Origin: Kiritimatiellia bacterium
GTDB taxonomy: Bacteria; Verrucomicrobiota; Kiritimatiellia; RFP12; JBMNHG01
Length of the DNA stretch: 58,728 nt
NCBI GenBank assembly: GCA_045627705.1
Contig: JAZQOE010000069.1
Location: forward strand, 1-58,728
Reading direction: 5' to 3'
Shown in pieces: positions 56,671 to 58,728 of the stretch (within the stretch, counting starts at the first letter, position 1; each line of letters begins with the position of its first letter). The notes beneath the pieces are model-generated. The model searched no databases and had not been told where the DNA came from. It worked only from the letters and a program-made list of their open reading frames with translations. The translations under genes were made by a program, and so were the position numbers.

Positions 56671-58065
56671 CTATTTCAAACCGTACTTGTGGACCAGGCG
56701 CTGGAATGCCGCGCGGTCGATTCCCGCCTCGTGGGCGGACTTCGCGATATCGCCATCGTTGCGCGCGAGGATATCCTGGAGATACTTGCGCTCGAACTCC
56801 TCGACAATCGCGTTCTTGGCATCCTTGAACGGACGGTCGGAATTCACGGCGACAGTCGAAGCCGGCTTTTCGTCGCGTTCGTCGTCGGTCGAATGCATCC
56901 CGCGCAAACGCCCGAAGCTGAGGAGCGCGCCGAGATCGACAGGACGCTGCGCACCATAAAGCGCCATCTCGACGAGATTGCGCAGTTCGCGCACGTTGCC
57001 CGGCCATTCGTGGCGCCTGAGCAATTCCATCGTGCCATCGAAATCCGCGATCTGCTTGTCCGCCCCATGCCCGTGAAGATCCACGAGGAACTTCTTGATC
57101 AGGATCGGAAGGTCGTCGAGACGTCGGCGCAACGGCGGAAGCTCGATAGGCACAACCGAAAGGCGATAGTAGAGGTCTTCGCGGAAGCGTCCCTCGTTGA
57201 CCTCGACATCCAGCTTGCGGTTCGTCGCGCAAATGATGCGCACATTGATCTTGCAGACCTTGTTGCTGCCAACCCTGCGGATCTCGCGCTTCTCGAGGAC
57301 TCGCAGGAGCTTCGGCTGCAAATCGGGGCTGAGGTCGCCGATTTCGTCCAGGAACACCGTGCCGCCATCGGCGTGTTCGAATGCGCCCTGGCGATCCGTA
57401 TTCGCGCCAGTGAAGGCACCCTTCACATGTCCAAAGAGTTCGCTTTCGATCAAGTCCTTCGCCATGGCGGCACAATCGATCACGATGAATGGCTTGTTGC
57501 GGCGCTTGCTGTGGCGATGGATTTCTTCCGCGAGGATTTCCTTGCCCGTGCCGGTCTCGCCGGTGATCATGACAGTCGCGTCGGTCGGCGCGTAGGTCTC
57601 CGCGATGTAGAAGATGCGGCGCATCGCGACGCTGCGGCCGAGCATCGAGCCAAAGCTCTCGTTGCGGCTGAGCGGGATTTCCTTGTCCTCCTGGAGCGGA
57701 CAGAACACAATGTGCGTCTTGCCGAGGCACAGTTCCGCACCTGGATGGAGGTACGCCTTCGCGACACGCACGCCCTGCACCACCGTGCCGTTCGTGCTGC
57801 CGAGGTCGCGGATAAGATAGCCATTACCATCGACGGTGATCTCGCAATGGCGCTTTGAAATCGTCGAATCCGCAATTACCAAATCGTTGCCCGTGCCGGA
57901 ACCCAAGGTAAAGGCCTCTTTGTCGATCACCATTTCCTGGCCTTGAAGCGGGCCGCTCACAATCAGCAATTTGGTTTTGCGCACGCGCATAGTCTCGCGC
58001 CCGGCGACTGGTGGCATCACCAGCGTCTGGGCGGCGGCGCGTCTTGTAGATGTAAGATTGCTCAT
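56671..58065 (-). CDS. Sigma-54-dependent transcriptional activator with N-terminal FHA domain
   Basis: FHA: FTLGSGTGNDLVIADSTISKRHCEI....YLIRDLGSTNGTVV. AAA+ domain: GETGTGKE, ESELFGH, GAFTGA, DEIGDL. C-terminal Fis-type HTH: GDIAKSAHEAGIDRAAFQRLVHKYGL. ATG 58065 has GGAG upstream. ATG 58095 is an alternative start. Confidence 0.88.
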   Translation of the reverse strand: MSNLTSTRRAAAQTLVMPPVAGRETMRVRKTKLLIVSGPLQGQEMVIDKEAFTLGSGTGNDLVIADSTISKRHCEITVDGNGYLIRDLGSTNGTVVQGVRVAKAYLHPGAELCLGKTHIVFCPLQEDKEIPLSRNESFGSMLGRSVAMRRIFYIAETYAPTDATVMITGETGTGKEILAEEIHRHSKRRNKPFIVIDCAAMAKDLIESELFGHVKGAFTGANTDRQGAFEHADGGTVFLDEIGDLSPDLQPKLLRVLEKREIRRVGSNKVCKINVRIICATNRKLDVEVNEGRFREDLYYRLSVVPIELPPLRRRLDDLPILIKKFLVDLHGHGADKQIADFDGTMELLRRHEWPGNVRELRNLVEMALYGAQRPVDLGALLSFGRLRGMHSTDDERDEKPASTVAVNSDRPFKDAKNAIVEEFERKYLQDILARNDGDIAKSAHEAGIDRAAFQRLVHKYGLK

Positions 58066-58154
58066 TCTCTTCTCACTCCGTATCAGTGTCGGCATTCTAC
58101 TATATGCTGGCAGTCACACACAACTTATTTTGTGGCCAGATGTCACCGCAACGG

Positions 58155-58177
58155 CGGCGGGCGGGAATCGCCCGCCG
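58155..58177 (-). terminator. GC-rich hairpin downstream of the partial PD-(D/E)XK gene
   Basis: A perfect 9-bp stem, CGGCGGGCG-GGAAT-CGCCCGCCG, begins 6 nt after the stop (58183-58185). No clear U-tract follows on the minus strand. Confidence 0.4.
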
Positions 58178-58182
58178 GGAGA

Positions 58183-58728
58183 TCAGCAGCAGAAGAGGTG
58201 GATCATCCTGCCGTCGCGGGCGATGTCCTCGTGGCGGAGCTTCGCCTCCCACGGCACGGACATGTCGGGGTCGAACACCACTAGCCACCCCTCGCCCACG
58301 CCCAGGTGGTCCATGTAGCGGCACACCTGGTCGTAAGCCTTGTCATGGCTCTTCTCGTAGTTGTACCTGAGCTTCACCTCGACCGCGTACTTCGCGCCGC
58401 GGAAAAGCACCCCGAGGTCCAGCGCGCCCTTGCCGAGCGCCATCTCGCGGATTATCTCCCCGCCGCCGTTGATCACGCGCTGGAGAAAGGCCTGCAGCAC
58501 GATGTGCGGGTACGACTCCGCATAGCCGAAGGGCGGCGCGTAAACGCCCGCGTTCTCCCGCCAGAAGTCCTGGAAGGCGAGAAGCAGACCCTGCATGTCG
58601 AGCCCGTCGTCCTTCACCCACGGCGTCTCGGGCACGGTTACGCCCATCCCCTGCTGGGTCCCCCATGAAAGGTAGCGACCGATGATTTCCGAATACATCG
58701 GGTTCGCGGGCTTGAGCACCCTGCCGTC
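58183..58728 (-). CDS. Partial CDS (C-terminal part): PD-(D/E)XK nuclease-like domain (PDDEXK_9/DUF1703-type)
   Basis: The frame is open to the window edge. YAESYPHIVLQAFLQRV...EMALGKGALDLGVLFRGAKYAVEVKLRY....AYDQVCRYMD fits the E..G.G..D-x(n)-E.K nuclease core arrangement of that family. Confidence 0.45.
   Translation of the reverse strand, partial: DGRVLKPANPMYSEIIGRYLSWGTQQGMGVTVPETPWVKDDGLDMQGLLLAFQDFWRENAGVYAPPFGYAESYPHIVLQAFLQRVINGGGEIIREMALGKGALDLGVLFRGAKYAVEVKLRYNYEKSHDKAYDQVCRYMDHLGVGEGWLVVFDPDMSVPWEAKLRHEDIARDGRMIHLFCC

Noticed and set aside
54068-57730. A 1220-aa ORF in the track, suggesting a very large fusion protein.
   Set aside because: The N-terminal 366 residues are Arg/Pro/Gly-rich nonsense typical of an out-of-frame read through a GC-rich gene. 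They fully overlap the well-supported sigma-54 activator CDS (56671-58065) on the same strand. The GH2 homology begins exactly at MAKKFDLNGEW (ATG 56632).
58096-58154. A sigma-54 (-24/-12) promoter near TGGCCACAAAATAAGTTG, upstream of the activator gene.
   Set aside because: The GG and GC dinucleotides are not at the required 10-nt spacing. A weak sigma-70-like TTGTGT-N18-TAGAAT is the better, though still unconvincing, reading.

Overview
This is a high-GC bacterial chromosomal window with about 38 tightly packed protein-coding genes on both strands. I recognised no rRNA, tRNA or CRISPR array in any intergenic gap. Several genes suggest a PVC-superphylum organism (Lentisphaerae, Kiritimatiellae or Verrucomicrobia-like). 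These are a prepilin-type H-X9-DG pseudopilin, a possible DUF4159 protein, a possible double-TM BatA-like membrane protein, a possible Minf_1886-like small protein, FISUMP/DUF1566 lectin repeats and several very large secreted proteins.

Housekeeping genes are scpAB, galK, an M29 aminopeptidase, era, parE, murJ, purD, purE, mnmA and adenine deaminase. Carbohydrate-related genes include a GH2 beta-mannosidase, a GH42-like protein, a Gfo/Idh/MocA oxidoreductase and two xylose-isomerase-like TIM-barrel proteins.

The most interesting locus is 24350-30273, a five-gene same-strand cluster joined by start/stop overlaps or short gaps. It combines an AbrB/PIN (VapBC-like) toxin-antitoxin pair with a TerB-N/TerB-C protein, a DUF2791/BrxD-like P-loop ATPase and an Lhr-like DEAD/DEAH helicase. 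From memory, that triad has the architecture of the Shango anti-phage system, whose mechanism is unknown.

Other points worth a second look:
- A 1999-aa secreted protein is translationally coupled to an orphan lipoyl/E3-binding protein and an SDR.
- A tandem discoidin-module protein is coupled to a pseudopilin.
- A thioester-bearing alpha-2-macroglobulin has no adjacent pbpC.
- One lectin gene carries a 620-bp internal duplication with a hypervariable C-terminal patch.
- A 430-bp divergent intergenic region contains heptamer repeats.
- A second VapBC module sits between purD and purE and has a textbook promoter and operator.
- The parE and scpA starts look leaderless.

All family assignments come from motif recognition by eye. 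No HMM or BLAST search was possible. The many long antisense ORFs in the track are high-GC shadow ORFs.
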